Notes: generated by a model not told the origin, from the letters alone. A DNA stretch of 64,000 bases from Octopus sinensis (GCF_006345805.1 NC_042999.1:150102001-150166000), one strand, 5' to 3'. Positions 13,059 to 25,030 are shown, counted from the first letter of the stretch. Translations and numbers: made by a program.

Positions 13059-13189
13059 TGGGTTGGTTGAGCCGGCTCCAACCAACAAGTTCACCACATT
13101 TCTCATAAATGCTGACTGCATCCAATGGTTGGCTGAAATCAAAGTTGTAATGGACACCCACTCCCAGTTTCACTACCAAAAACCATAGA

Positions 13190-13470
13190 TGCTAACCACT
13201 CCAAGAGTATAGCGGGTTCTATTTACATGCCACCAGCACGGGTGCCATTGATGTGACATCAGCATCTGCCACTATTACGATCTCACTTGGTTTGACAGGT
13301 CTTCTCAAGCATGCTATATCATCAAAGGTCTCGGTCACTTGTCACTGTCTTCGTGAGGCCCAAAGCTTGAATGGTGCTTTTTTACATGCCACCAGCATAG
13401 GTGCCAGTTAGATGGTACTGGCATCGGTCACAACTATGATTTCACTTGGCTTGACAGGTCTTCCCAAGCA
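13190..13470 (-). mobile_element. RTE LINE 3' end (family C) including the last RT codons
   Basis: Reverse complement reads LGLTKTVTSDRDL**..LEKTCQTK* and then the family C UTR repeats. Confidence 0.7.
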
Positions 13471-14939
13471 CAAGGTATAATCTACCACATAACATCTTTT
13501 TCTCTCTCTCTCTCTTTTGACCTTCTTGCAACTATCATTTATCTCTATCTGCTGACACTTCTTATATTAGATATTCTCACCATATCTTCAAACCAACACA
13601 GCTCTCTTTTATGCAAATCAAACAATCTCACAAATACAAAACCTGCTTTCTAAATCTAAATCTAGCAAAATATTACCTCAGTTTACATATCCAACAGATT
13701 ACATTTACATCAATAATCTTTGATAATCGGACTTCATTTTGCTTACAGCCTCTGCTATATATACAGAGAACGTGACAATTTTGTTGCATGCAACATATAA
13801 AACCAATCTTTTTTTGAGAAAACTAGGGATGGTGTGCATTAGCGACAATAAATCAATTGGAGAAATTTACCTCACTCGAAAGGAGAGTTCAATAACTTTA
13901 TTTGCTGTAAAAAATATAGAAACTGATATATTTAGACCTTCTTTTTTATCTGAGAGTGATGAAGAGCGTAAAAGTGGTATTTTATTTAGGCTGTCAGCAA
14001 ATCTTTTCATTTCATGAGTGAATCCATTTGTCCAAATCAGAGGTTATATTTCATTCCCTAAGCTGTTTCAATGTAGACAATAACGCTACTGCTGCTACTG
14101 CTAGCTATGGTTTCGCTATTAAATTCGTAAGATAAATAATATAATACAATTTAGTTAGCTACGCCCACTAAGCTATATTAATTTTTTTTGCCTTCTCAAC
14201 CACATATCAATTGTTGTATCCTCCACCTCTTCCTCCTCCTCTTCATCGTCATTGTCTTCTTCATATCCGCTTTTCAATGCTGGCGAAGTTAGGTAAAATT
14301 CTTTTATGGATTATTATATGACAATATGCCCTTCTTTGATGCCAACTCTAACTTGCTTTCAAGGAAAGTACTTTCTGCCACTGGTCTCTGCACATCAAAC
14401 CACCAAGACGTGGACATAGTGTTTATGCAAAACATAAACAAATGTCAACGCTGTCCATGTAGTATCAATGCAAAGCCACACACACACACACTTATGTAGA
14501 CTTAGGGTGTGATCTGAGGGAGATTTGGCTGCTATTTCTAGCAGGTTGAAATACTGGGATAGTAGAAGTGACAGCAACCAGACAAAATCAAAGGAGATGC
14601 TTATCTAAGGAATGAGATACACTCCAGTATGTTCCAGGGATCAGGACAGATCTTTGTTAAGAGGGAGAGAAGTGAAGAGTTTTGTGAAGACAAGGGTTAG
14701 CTTCAGAGCATATTGTTTGAGGCTAACAGAAAAAAAAATATAGTCAAGTGTTTGATCAGTGGCTGGGTTGGTTTGAAGCAGACCAAGGTTCTATCACATT
14801 CAGCTTCTATGTGTGTATGAGAGTGAACTAGATGAAGTCAAGACGGGTGATTTGGGAACAGACCTACCTAGTTAACCAGAAGTGCATTAAGCAGTGTTGT
14901 TTCAAATATAAATGTGTACAGTTATTAGTTAACATGTCT

Positions 14940-15122
14940 TGGGAAAAATGCTTGGCAGCATTTTGTCCATCTTTATGTTCTAAGTTCAAATTTTGCCATG
15001 GTTGACTTAGCCTTTCACCCGTTTGGGATTAATGAAATAATACCAGTTGAATACTTGGGTTGACATAATTGACTTATTCCCTCCCCTGAAATTGCTGGTT
15101 TTGCACCAGAATTTGAAACCAT
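14940..15122 (+). mobile_element. SINE family B
   Basis: aaatgcttggcagcatttt...gttcaaatttt...aaatttgaaacc. Confidence 0.8.
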
Positions 15123-15336
15123 TATTTAACATGTTTGGATAAACTCAAAGGGGAAAAAACCTTTTGCTGCAGAGGCTGTCTCAGTAAAGAAATTTTCCTT
15201 AAAGACAAGCAGTGTGAAAAATACACCACTGGGCTATGAATGATGTCATTAGACAATAAGAAATGTGTTTATGCCTTGTTATATTTCATATACTTCATGA
15301 TACCAAATCCATCATTTACAACCCACTGAAGCATAA

Positions 15337-15883
15337 CTGAAGCTCAGAATTGGCAAGACATTGGCCATATTTAGAAGATTGACAACACTTTGGTGTAACA
15401 ATAACGTAAGTATAGAGCTGAAGATTCGTCTGTACAAAACAGCAAAACTACCAATAGTGATCTATGCAGCTGAGGCCTGGAAGATGACAGCAAAAATTGC
15501 CTGCTGACTCGATCTATTTCATCAGCAGTGCCTCAGAAAGATCCTAAGAATCACTTATCAAGACAGAGTGACAAATGAAGCCATTCTCCAAGCAGCGAGA
15601 GTAAGGCCCCTGCATGCAATTGTAACCGAATAACGAATGTGAATGGTTGGACACATTACTAAGACTGCTAGAGGTGAGGCTTGCCAAAGCAGCTATGGGC
15701 TGGATGCACTGGAATGTGAGAGAAAATGAGGTTGGCCATGGAAGACATGGTGTAGTAACTTCAAAGAAGACCTACACAGATTGAACATCACCTAGGAAGA
15801 AGCAAACCAGTTGGCCATAGACAGAGATAATTGGTGATCACTAACTGCTCAATGTGCCACTCAAAAGCACCAATGAACCTAAG
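15337..15883 (+). pseudogene. RTE-clade LINE RT C-terminal/thumb region, 5'-truncated
   Basis: RIGKTLAIFRRLTTLW..SIELKIRLYK..LPIVIYAAEAW..LDLFHQQCLRKILRITYQDRVTNEAIL..WKTW..FKEDL..AIDRDNW, with several in-frame stops. Ends in gaacctaag. Confidence 0.9.
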
Positions 15884-16229
15884 AGAGGGAGACAGAGAGT
15901 GAGAGAGAGAGAAAGAGAGAGAGAGAGAGAAAAAGAGAGAGAGAGAAGCATAATGTCACAGAAACACGTGTCCTATGGTCCAGTGATGCCATTCAAAGCC
16001 CACAGATGTGTTTTTTATACATTGCCTTGGCATGGCTGAGTAGTAAGAAGTTTGCTTCCCAACCACATGATTTCAGGTTCAGTTTCACTGCATGGAACCT
16101 TAGGCAAATGTCTTCTACACACATTTCCATAGAATATTGGAAATGAATGACACTGCTTATATAACAGTGACACTCATTTACAAATATCATGTAATGTCAA
16201 GACAAAGGAACACAAATACTCACACACCT

Positions 16230-16495
16230 AGATACACACACAAACACACACACACACAAACATACACATCATATGTACACACACACAAACATACACATCA
16301 TGTGTACACACACGCACATACATATACACAACAAGCTTCTTTCAGTTTCCATCTACTAAATTCACTCACAAAGCTTCGGTCAGCCTGGAGCTATAATAGA
16401 AGGTACTTGCCCAAGGTGCCATGTAGTGGGATTGATCCCAGAACCACATAGTTGGGAAGCGAATTTCTCAACCACACAGTCACAGCTGCACCTAA
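16230..16495 (-). mobile_element. SINE family A (5' half); an oppositely oriented head lies at 16020-16120
   Basis: ttctttcagtttccatctac...cttgcccaaggtgcc...accacacagtcac. Confidence 0.8.
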
Positions 16496-18499
16496 ATTGT
16501 GAATACAATCTTTAAATTAAACACCATGTCAACATTGCAAAGGAAGGCAGTGAAGTGTGTGGTTGAAGAAATGAATTTATTTTATGTTGAGGTAGAGTCG
16601 TTCACGGTCATTAACCAAAAACAAAAAAAAAAGAAGACAAAGGTAAAAAGAAGCTAGGTAATAGTCAATTACTATGAAATTAATTTCACACTTACTGTAA
16701 AGAAAAGAAATAAAGCAATACTGCAACTAAAACTAGACAGAAAATTAGAAAATTTAATGCCAATTACTTGACTGAGTAATACTTGATTAAGCAGTATACT
16801 TCAACAATAGAAAGTTAGAGTTGGTTAGGTTGTTAAAGTGCCAATTTACATACTGAACAGGTTACAGTTTATATTATAGCAAAGTTTTTGATTGGTTCAA
16901 ATATGTTTGATACATTCTTCAGCTGTAGAAGTGCCATTTCAAATGCGCTTTGACATGGAGAAATATACTTGCTTTAGGCAAAAGGTGTAAAACATTAAAG
17001 TCCTTTTGTAGCACCTACTATGAACTAATATATGTATTTCAAGCTACCTGTGCTTTCAAAAGTATTAAATACCATGTAAGACAACTTTTTCAACTGTACA
17101 GCAACTTTTCATCCCACATTCTTTGCCACTTTTTTTCAGCTCCCTTCCTCAGAAATTGCAAGAAGTTAGAATTTCTGGATCAGATTTTATCAGTTTGCAT
17201 TTTCTTTCTTTTTGACATACATCTTGAGTCAACGTTTCTTGATGGTTCTGTCCCTTACTTTTAAACTCAGTGCCCTGTCATAATTGCTATTCACTATCGC
17301 CACCTTTTGGGACCACCATTTGCCAATCTTCACACAACATCATATCCATTTCGCAACATTTTTGAACTTGATGAATGCTCGACCATCGACATTTTGAATA
17401 AACAGCATTTCTTCCTTCATGATACCAGCAGATCTTTTTTTTTCTCCATCAACAACGCCACTAAAATTTATTTCAACCAGTTTACATATGGACGTTTCAA
17501 ATCCCAGATTTGTTAATATTTCAACATCCTTTTTCATCGCAAGTACAGTAACCAGCTCATTTAAACATCCTGCTTTGTTCAGTGTATGGTTTACACTGTT
17601 TTTATCACTGCAAGTTCAGCTTCTCATGATCATCCTTGCACCATCTCAACTTTTGCCACTGCAAGTTCATTGCTTACTTTCAGCATTACAGCTTTTGTCA
17701 TATTGTTATTTTCTTCTTATATGAGGTTGCGAGACTTAATTTCTCAGCGTACTAAACGTTTTCAGAAGAATTTTCCTGTATGTACTTTGACAATGCCTTG
17801 CACTACTGTTTTAATATCATACATATACATAACTTACCGTATTTTTGCATTGTTGGATTCAATTTTTGTGGACTTTCTAAAAACTTGCATGACTTGAACT
17901 AACTTGAACACATGCACATAAATTGGAACTTTTCCTTAGCTTGCACCTAGTTTGGCATTTCTGCTGCTTGCTTTTTCACGTATTTGTTTACTTTTCTTTG
18001 CATTTGCTTAGTTTTGTATATAACTTAATTTTTAATTTTTCAGGACATCTATTCACATACTTATATTTTTTATGAATATTCTGTATATTTGTAAAATTGT
18101 CTCAACATTCATACACATGCTTGCATGCCTTCACCCGGTTATATCATACTTTTGGGTCGCTTTCTCATGCTCACTGTACCCTTGTAAGACACAACTTAAC
18201 TCTATTAGACCCCTGGATGTTCACGTTATAAATAGAAAGTTGCCTGTCTCTTGCAATGCGCCAGCATGTCACTATCATTTTTTGCCACTCATGTGCACAC
18301 ACACTTTGCCTCAGTCATGCTAAGTCTGGCTTTTACGTGCCACCAGCACGAGGGCCAGTTTAGCAGTACTGGCAACGGCCTTTCTAAAATAATATTTGAT
18401 GTGGTTTATATGACTGGAAATATAATTTCAAAGTGTTCATGGTGTCATAATGAAGATCTGGTGAAAGACTTTACAATTAAAAAAAAAAAAACTGGAGAA

Positions 18500-18684
18500 A
18501 CTTTTTCAAATATAAAAAAAAGTGGAAGTATACAAAAATAACCATTATTTTCCATCTTTCTATTTGTTTTGTTTAATTTTGAAAAATAAAAATTTATCCT
18601 ACGTTTTATTATTGTTTATATTTTGAATTACATATAAGTATATGGGGGCATCAAAATCTTTTAAGTGGGTCTTAATCCAGCCCG
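18500..18684 (-). mobile_element. DNA transposon terminal fragment (hAT-like end); same family as 57832-58100
   Basis: Reverse complement gggctggattaagaccc..cttaaaagattttgatgcccccatat..atgtaattcaaaa matches 57832 cagggccagattaagaccc..cttaaaagagtttggtgcccccatatatgtaattcaaaa. Confidence 0.65.
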
Positions 18685-19329
18685 GGTAATTAGTTCAAAC
18701 CACAATATAAACCCTCATTGATTTTGTCCCTCTTCATCTGACTAATAAAAAAACAAAGAAACAATATTCAGCCTTCCCATTCTTTCTAATCATTTATCAT
18801 AGTCTACCATCAAATAGTGTTACCATAGCAATCATGGCGTTATCTTAATTGTATTTCAATGTCTAGACAATTGTCCAGAGGATTTAACATCACTGACTAA
18901 ATACTTTATGCATAATAAACGTTGTTATGTCTCGTCTTCAGGTACCATGTTTGAAAGCTCAATAATATTTATTGTAGTACAAGGTTTCAATAAATGTTTT
19001 CTCCACAGTACCTTGTTTTGGTGGATAGATTATTATGTATACACTAGCTGATCATGTGCTGTCAATAATGACAGCTTATTGCAGTATTTTATATATAAAT
19101 AAGGTACAAAATATGCTATATAATAATCATACATACAAACATTCACATACTTCCCTTGTACATGCAAACATACACACATATACTCACATAGAGTTGAAAT
19201 GCTGATTTTTTTTCACCCCTTCCTTTCTATCACTCCCTCTCAGTTTGGGCTATTACTCTCACTACTTCTCCTTCGCTGAATTACTATTTTCTCTCCTCCT
19301 CTATGTCTGGCATGATTCTGGACTTGTGT

Positions 19330-19745
19330 TTGTGAAATTTTTGTATCTTTGCTGTAAGGCTTCATTTTCACACATGCCAGCTTAATTCAATTCGTCCTTA
19401 GTCGAAAGACACCTGTTGTTATGTCCTGTTACTATTCTTATTGTATTTTTTATTGTATTTATATTTGTCTAACATTGTCTGTCTTTTCCGTCCTTGTTTT
19501 TGTATTCATTCACTGCTTTCTTCCATGGAATTTAATGCTCTTAGCTTAGTCTTTCCTTGGGGCTGGCCAGATTGGAGCAATCTCAAGAATAATCAGCCAA
19601 AATTGTGAGGATAATCTGGTTCTTGACTGAAGATAGAAAACTTCGAATGACCGGTCCTTGTTTTCTTTGTATCGTCTATCTGGATGTTTGGTTGTCCCTT
19701 TTTGTATCACCTAGTTGTCTGGATGTTTTGTGTTCTTGTCCCATT
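19330..19745 (+). mobile_element. Dispersed repeat, possibly a Penelope-like pLTR remnant
   Basis: 19590-19740 matches the reverse complement of 22340-22500. It contains a decayed GGCTG..CAGCC-(A)AAA hairpin resembling hammerhead stem II. No PLE coding sequence seen. Confidence 0.45.
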
Positions 19746-20763
19746 TTGTATATAAATATATATATATATATACACACAAATATATAAAAACACTATGTTC
19801 GTTATTATATTAGGAGATACATGGTCTGTCTTGCCTAAAGATGATCTCATAGGTTTGCTTTGTTTTAAAGGCAACTCCCACATATAAAGGTAAAGAAGAT
19901 GTAGGATAAAGTATGATAGTCATGTCTTTCTCAAAGGCGTTACATAAGCAAACATAGTTAAAAAGGATTACAATCAGGGATAAAAATTTACAGGATGCCT
20001 AAGTTTGTCAGGAGCTTACTTCTTACTCTACTGCACTTATTCCCTGACATAGTGATACAAAATATAGATAACAATGAAGTTGATGTGAATAACAATCTAA
20101 TTCATGACACATTGTATCATCATTTTGACATCTGCTTTTCCATGGATCAGGTGGGACTGCTGTCTGAAATGTTATCTTGCCATAGCAAACAGCTCTGTCC
20201 CAGCAGACATGTCTAAGTTCTGATGTACTCTCAGACACCAGCCTTCATATGTCTCCTAGCAAGGTTATATAATCTACCAGTTCTTCGAACAACAAACAGC
20301 TTGGTCATTGTAATGCGGAGAACTGGAAATGAATGACACAGTTTGAACAACCAATGAATACACGCGAAGATGAAGGTAAATACAAACTATACAAAGAAAC
20401 ATACACAAACAGACACACATGCACACACACAATCACTCACATACACATGCACAGATCCACAAATCCACATACACATAGGTGCACACACACATATATATAC
20501 ATACTCATACCTTAGCACTTTGAGCAAGTGTCTTTTAATTGAGCCTCAGGCTGACCAAAGCCTTGTGAGTGGACTTGGCGATAGACACTGAAAAAATCCT
20601 GTCATGTGTGTGTGTGTGTGTATGTGTGTGCGCGTGCATGTGTGTGTGTACATGCGTGCATTTATACATGTATGCCAGGTTGCTCTTAGTGCTACTGGTA
20701 ACTCATAGCCCAGTATAACCTGTCACACAGTCAGGCTGTTGGCCACTAACAGCAATCCTGTTA

Positions 20764-20970
20764 GGTGGCGAACTGGCAGAAACGTTAGCACACCTGGTGA
20801 AATGCTTGGTGGTATTTTGTCTGTCTTTACGTTATGAGTTCAAATTTCACCGAGGTTGACTTCGTCTTTCATCCTTTCAGGGTCGATAAATTAAGTACCA
20901 GTTGCGTACTGGGGTCGGTCTAATCGACTACTTCCCCAAAATTTCGGGTCTTGTGCTTAGAGTAGAAAAA
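20764..20970 (+). mobile_element. SINE family B, full length
   Basis: ggtggcgaactggcagaaacgttagc...gagttcaaatttc...agagtagaaaaaa. Confidence 0.9.
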
Positions 20971-21119
20971 AAATTAAAAATAAAACAGTAATCCTGTCAA
21001 GGCTGCTTGACAAGAAAAGTGGCTTTTGCTGGACATCCTGCACGACAAAAAAAACAAAGCCTATCAAAGGGTAGATAAACTTTGATCAGCCAATGGCCAT
21101 CTAACAGCTGTAAATCCAG

Positions 21120-21482
21120 CTGGAGCACCGCCTTTAGTTGAACTAATTGACCTCAGGACTTAATCTTTGTATGCCTAGTACTTATTCTATCAGTCTCTTT
21201 TGCTGAACCAGAAAGTTATGGGGACATAATCACACCAACATCGGTTGTGAAGCAATAGTGGGGGGACAAACACAGACACACAACTACATGCACACACACA
21301 CACACACACACACATACATATACGACAGGCTTCTTCCAGTTTCTGTCTACCAAATCCACTCACAAGGCTTTGGTTGGCCCGAGGCTATAGCAGAAGACAC
21401 TTGCCCAAGGTGTCACGTGGAGAGACTGAACCCGGAACCATGTGTTTGGGAAGCAAGTTTCTTACCACATAGCCATGTGTGT
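21120..21482 (-). mobile_element. SINE family A, full length
   Basis: Reverse complement of the family A head, core and tail. Confidence 0.9.
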
Positions 21483-21676
21483 GCATAGATTTTCATGTTC
21501 CACTTTGCTTCCAATATAGTAGTTAAGTGAATACCATATTTAGTTGCTTAGTAGTTTTGCTACTTATGAAATACAGATCAAATGTAGAAGAGATAATGAT
21601 GGACACATGTTTATACTATTAGTTCCTATGCATGTCTTACCTTTATGGTCATTTGGAATTCTGCATCTAAGTTTAA

Positions 21677-21808
21677 TTGGATACTTAACCAGAACTGATC
21701 ATAAGGGAACACTTTAATGTATTAAGTTACAGAGAACTAATATCATTAGGTCTCCATAACTTAATACATCAAAGTGTCCCTGATGATCCATTCTGGTTAA
21801 GCATCCAA
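21677..21808. repeat. Imperfect palindrome / hairpin (~65-bp arms, 3-nt loop)
   Basis: ttggatacttaaccagaac..gagaactaat|atc|attaggtctc..ttctggttaagcatccaa. Confidence 0.85.
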
Positions 21809-21874
21809 AAGCACCTGAAGTATCCAATGCAGAGTTCAAAGTAACCACAATGGTGAAAGAACCAATAATAGAAA

Positions 21875-22140
21875 TTATTATTATTATTATTTATTCAAGG
21901 CACTGCCTAGAAATGAACTCGGAATCTTGGAGTTAGAAGCCTATGCTCTTAACCACTATATTTCGGCTGATTTACTCTCCAGCTTTTATCAGGTGACCTG
22001 GTGGAATTTTGAACCCAATTCTGGGTTCTAATTCATAAGGTATTGTTTTGCTGATGTTATTATTATTATCATTTATCCAAGGCACTGTCTGGAATTGAAC
22101 TCAGAATCTTGGGGTTAGTAGCCGGCGCTTTTAACCACAA
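21875..22140 (-). mobile_element. Tandem tRNA-headed SINE (family E) with an internal hammerhead-like motif
   Basis: Two heads GTGGTTAA(G/A)AGC..CT(A/T)CTAAC..AAGATTC.GAGTTC 182 nt apart, separated by a type I hammerhead-like fold. A further partial head lies at 58406-58455 (+). Confidence 0.7.
21952..21997 (-). ncRNA. Minimal type I hammerhead ribozyme-like motif, probably inactive (G8->A)
   Basis: GUCAC-CUGAUAA-AAGCUG-GAGAGUAAAU-CAGCC-GAA-AUAU-A/GUGGU. Stem I GUCAC:GUGGU, stem II GCUG:CAGC, palindromic AUAU stem III, NUH = AUA. Confidence 0.5.
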
Positions 22141-22201
22141 TATAAACTCGTGATTATCTGTTTACATTTAATCTTTACACACATATATATATATCATCTT
22201 A

Positions 22202-22245
<44 letters not shown>

Positions 22246-22246
22246 G

Positions 22247-22318
<72 letters not shown>

Positions 22319-22339
22319 ATCTATCTATCTATCTATTAG

Positions 22340-22640
22340 ACCAAAGTGTACATACACCACTAAATATATATATATCAAAAATACAAAATGGGACAACACA
22401 ACATCCATACAGACGATACAAAGAAAACAAGTACGGGTCATTCGAAGTTTTCTTTCCTCAGTCAAATACCAGATTATCTTTGCAATTTCAGCTGATTTTT
22501 CCGTCCTTGTTTTTGTATACATTGTGTATACCTGTGTATCTGTATATGTGTGTGCCTGTGTATCTGTTTACATTTAAACTTTCCCAACATATTCACACTC
22601 ACAAATAAGCACACACATTTTAAACATCCCACCCCGCAAC
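22340..22640 (-). mobile_element. Second copy of the 19330-19745 repeat with an internal orientation switch
   Basis: 22340-22498 is inverted relative to 19590-19740, while 22497-22525 (ttttccgtccttgtttttgtat) is direct relative to 19485-19505. Confidence 0.5.
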
Positions 22641-22742
22641 ACACACATAATAGATACATTTAGGATAAATGCAGGAGCAAAAGCGAATTAATTGAAGCTT
22701 TTACCTGTATCTGAATACATCGATAGAATTGCATGAACAGAA

Positions 22743-22825
<83 letters not shown>

Positions 22826-22842
22826 GATAGATAAATAGAAAT

Positions 22843-22880
<38 letters not shown>

Positions 22881-23000
22881 TAGATATAGATATATATATC
22901 TGTGTATGTGTATGTGTGTGGCTACACGCACACACAAATACACACATATATGGAAGTGGATCTTTCATCAGCTCAGTAGATAAACTGCCTTCTATGAGTG

Positions 23001-23032
<32 letters not shown>

Positions 23033-23603
23033 TGCACACACACACACAGATACACACACATACACACACACATGCATACACATACACATGTATATAGAGG
23101 TGTGTCTATCTTTAGCTGAGTCGTTAAAGGAAATATATAATCAGGATTATTTTGGTATTTAACTAGATTATTCTGATTGATATATAATTCCTTAAAACCT
23201 ATAAAACCTTGCTATGCATTCCTACCTGTTGGCGCCAATTCAGCTTAATCTCATCCATGACATCATCATCACCATCACCATCATTATCATTGCCATGATG
23301 ATGATGATGATGATGATTATCATCATCATCATCACCATCATCATATTCATCTTCATCATAGCTATTGTCATTTCAATATATATTTTTCTATGCTTGAATG
23401 AGCCAAATGGAATTTGTACAGGCAGATTTTCTATGGCAGGACGGCCTTCATAATGTTTCTCCATCGTGCGATATGCTTTCATGGAAAATTGGTAATGAAG
23501 GACATTGCATGCATGATGGTGATGCTAGTTTACAAATATCCCCCAATGTCATAGCAAAGAGATACAAGCATGCGACCCTCCCTACATAAACACACACATA
23601 TGC

Positions 23604-23710
<107 letters not shown>

Positions 23711-23864
23711 ATATATACATACACACACACACATACATTCAAATATATGTGTGTGTGTGTGTGTTTATGTTCAGTTATAATAAAAACAAATTCCTATTAA
23801 TCTGATGGGTTACTCTATACTTCCTTTGAGTACAATTTTTTTATTTTTAAATATTGACACTCTC

Positions 23865-24022
23865 GGAGTGGTTGGCATTGGGAAGGGCATCCAGCTGTAG
23901 AAACTCTGCTAGATCAGATTGGAGCCTGGTGCAGCCATCTGGTTCACCAGTCCTCAGTCAAATAGTCCAACCCATGCTAGCATGTAAAGCAGACGTTAAG
24001 CAATGATGAGGATGATGATGAT
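23865..24022 (+). mobile_element. RTE LINE 3' end (family C)
   Basis: ctcggagtggttggcattgggaagggcatccagc...gacgttaagcaatgatg. Confidence 0.85.
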
Positions 24023-24347
24023 TGACAGTGAGTTCGAAGTTTTGGTCAGCTTCGTAGTCATGGTAGTTGTCAGTGCCATATAAATGACACCTGTGAATCA
24101 TAGTTATGGTCATTCACTTCTAGTGCCATGTAAATGGCACTCATGCCAGTGACACATAAAATGCACCCATTACACTCTTGGGGTGTACCCATTACAGTCT
24201 TGTAGTCGTTGGAAGGGCATCCAGATGTAGAAACAATACCAAATCAGACTGGAACCTAGTGCAGCTCTCTGGCTCATCAGCTCTAGTCAAACCATGTAAC
24301 CCATGCCAACTTGGAGAGCAGATGTTAACTGAATTTAATTACATATC

Positions 24348-24425
24348 ACTGTTCTCCTCCGTGCAAGTATACAACAGGAATTATTATTATTCCTGTTGTA
24401 TACTTCTTGCACTGAGGAGAACAGT
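24348..24425. repeat. 78-nt near-perfect hairpin
   Basis: actgttctcctccgtgcaagtatacaacaggaat|tattatt|attcctgttgtatacttcttgcactgaggagaacagt. Confidence 0.85.
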
Positions 24426-24704
24426 TATTTTACATGTTAATATCGTTGTTCGAAACGATCATATGCATGTATTAAATTTCTTTTAAATTTTAACATCTTC
24501 TCTTCTCCATTTTTTAACATACTTGTTGAGTTTCTATGGGATATCTTTCCATAAATTCTCATAACACACTATATACATGTAATAGTTTCATATTCACAAA
24601 AATCTTATGCTAATTAGTTACCAGTAAAATATGAAGAATCTTTGTTAGTAATCGCCCTTTGGAATCCTCCATAGTAAAGAATGAAATATAATTCAACCTC
24701 TCCA

Positions 24705-24737
<33 letters not shown>

Positions 24738-25030
24738 TTAATGTTCGCTTTCCATGCTGGCATGAGTTGGATGGTTTGACTGGAGACTCGCCAGGCTCCA
24801 ATCTGATCTGACAAGGTTTCTATAGCTGGATGCCCTTCATAACGCCAACCACTTTGAGAGTGTAGTGGGTGCTTTCTATATGCCACCAGCATGGGAACCA
24901 GTCAGGCGGCACTGGCATCGACCCACACTTGAATGGTGCTTATTATGTGCCACTAGCACTGGTGCTAGTCAGGTGGCACTGGCATCAGTCACAATTACAA
25001 TTTCCATTTTGATTTCAATCTGGATTTGCT
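24705..25030 (-). mobile_element. RTE LINE 3' end (family C)
   Basis: (CAT)n tail on +, then ttaatgttcgctttccatgc...ggatgcccttc..aacgccaaccac and internal repeats. Confidence 0.85.

Noticed and set aside
16950-17900. Possible mitochondrial insertion or alternative genetic code (many TGA in one frame)
   Set aside because: Reading TGA as Trp gives no recognisable mitochondrial protein. The TGAs mirror TCA codons on the opposite strand.
19995-20238. Overlapping 71-73-aa ORFs on both strands
   Set aside because: No motif recognised and candidate splice sites lead to in-frame stops.
21641-21666. Minus-strand micro-exon xAEFQMTIK with donor AAG|gtaaga
   Set aside because: Poor acceptor tract, and it overlaps the outer arm of an inverted repeat.
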